Shown here piece by piece: positions 63,268 through 64,000 of a DNA stretch of 64,000 bases. Positions within the stretch are counted from its first letter, which is position 1; each line of letters starts with the position of its first letter. The stretch comes from Neodothiora populina (taxonomy: Eukaryota). A program made the translations under genes and the position numbers. The DNA is taken from NCBI RefSeq assembly GCF_041146345.1, contig NW_027191406.1, forward strand, positions 992,001-1,056,000. Direction: 5' to 3'. The notes below the pieces were generated by a model, which saw only the letters and a program-made list of their open reading frames with translations, ran no database searches and was not told the DNA's origin.

Positions 63268-63455
63268 AGCTTCGGCGATAGGCAGGAGATAGACGGGTCG
63301 ATAGGCCTTTTTCGAGGGTTCTCCTTCCCAAAACGGGGAAATCTTGGCGCCTGGCTGGCAACTGCGCAGCTTCAGTTGACAAATTATTAGTGACGAGCCA
63401 ATCGAACTACCACCTCAGCCTACCTCTTGATTATATCATGAAGATTAAAGAGACA

Positions 63456-64000
63456 ATGGTCCGTCCTGAGGATGATTTAAGCAGTGTTAGTAGTGAAGAG
63501 TCAATTGTACGACCTGACAGTGAAGGTTGGGAGGATGCAGAGCCTGACGAGGAAGTCATTCAAGTCAAAGACTTTTTCAGTGACAAGACTTTCCCTGATG
63601 CAGCCTCTATGATCAAATTTTGTGCGACTGAACATGACTTTGATTTTTTGAAGGTCGCCAAAAACTTTGGTGTGTATGTTTGGAAACCTCCGAAATATGA
63701 AGAATAGTCGCTTATGCATTGACATTAGATCTTGACTTTCTTGGTGGCATCAAGCTTGTCAACTACATCCGTAGTGAGGCAAAGAACGGAAACAAAAAGC
63801 CAGATGTATCTTCCAAGGATCTTTTCGAGGATGACAAGTACATGCAGCCCGCCCTCGAGGACGATGCTTTACTCTTCTCTCTAGATGATGTTCTCGATGG
63901 ACAAGAAGGTGATGAGGTCTCGTCCAATGAGGTGCCAGCCGGCAGTTCAACAGACAAGGTCACAGCCCTCGAGGAGGAATTAGCGGCTCTTCGCGCTCAA
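63456..64000 (+). CDS. RMT3: Ribosomal protein arginine N-methyltransferase Rmt3/PRMT3, 5' part only (runs off the window)
   Basis: EGWEDAEPD, F..AASMIKFC..EHDFDF; intron 63670-63728; then DLDFLGGIKLVNYIRS and DDKYMQPALEDDALLFSLDD, typical of the PRMT3 N-terminus. The catalytic domain lies outside the window. Confidence 0.8.

Noticed and set aside
1..64000. tRNA, rRNA, snoRNA, transposons, CRISPR, and stop-codon readthrough to a cryptic PTS1
   Set aside because: No cloverleaf around GGTTCG hits, no transposase/RT motifs or terminal repeats, and no TGA-CTA context or SKL-type extension after the stops I checked. This was a by-eye search only.

Overview
Eukaryotic, fungal DNA from a filamentous ascomycete (Pezizomycotina, Dothideomycete-like by my reading). 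It is gene-dense, with short GT-AG introns and CTRAY-type branch points. I can support 21 protein-coding genes, mostly housekeeping: a PDK1/Pkh kinase, a J-domain protein, a JmjC oxygenase, SUP35/eRF3, a 5'-nucleotidase, RAD4/XPC, an HSL-family lipase, TSR2, a histidine acid phosphatase/phytase, HBS1, a HeLo-like protein, phosphoketolase, a MATE-like transporter, an SDR, an orphan 7TM protein, an OPT transporter and the 5' part of RMT3, plus several uncharacterised proteins. I saw no tRNA, rRNA, CRISPR array, transposon or secondary-metabolite cluster. The best leads are: (1) a 657-nt phase-symmetric cassette exon in HBS1 carrying Ski7-like motifs, allowing up to three isoforms; (2) a Rad4/XPC tail with repeated copies of the XPA-type GGGFI ERCC1-binding motif; (3) an 840-aa orphan protein combining a Cdc26-like N-terminus with ABBA-, KEN- and D-box-like motifs, a candidate APC/C regulator; (4) a +1 frame break and an ORF-containing 443-nt intron in the J-domain gene. 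Intron boundaries were read by eye and checked for frame. No database searches were run, so family assignments rest on recalled motifs.
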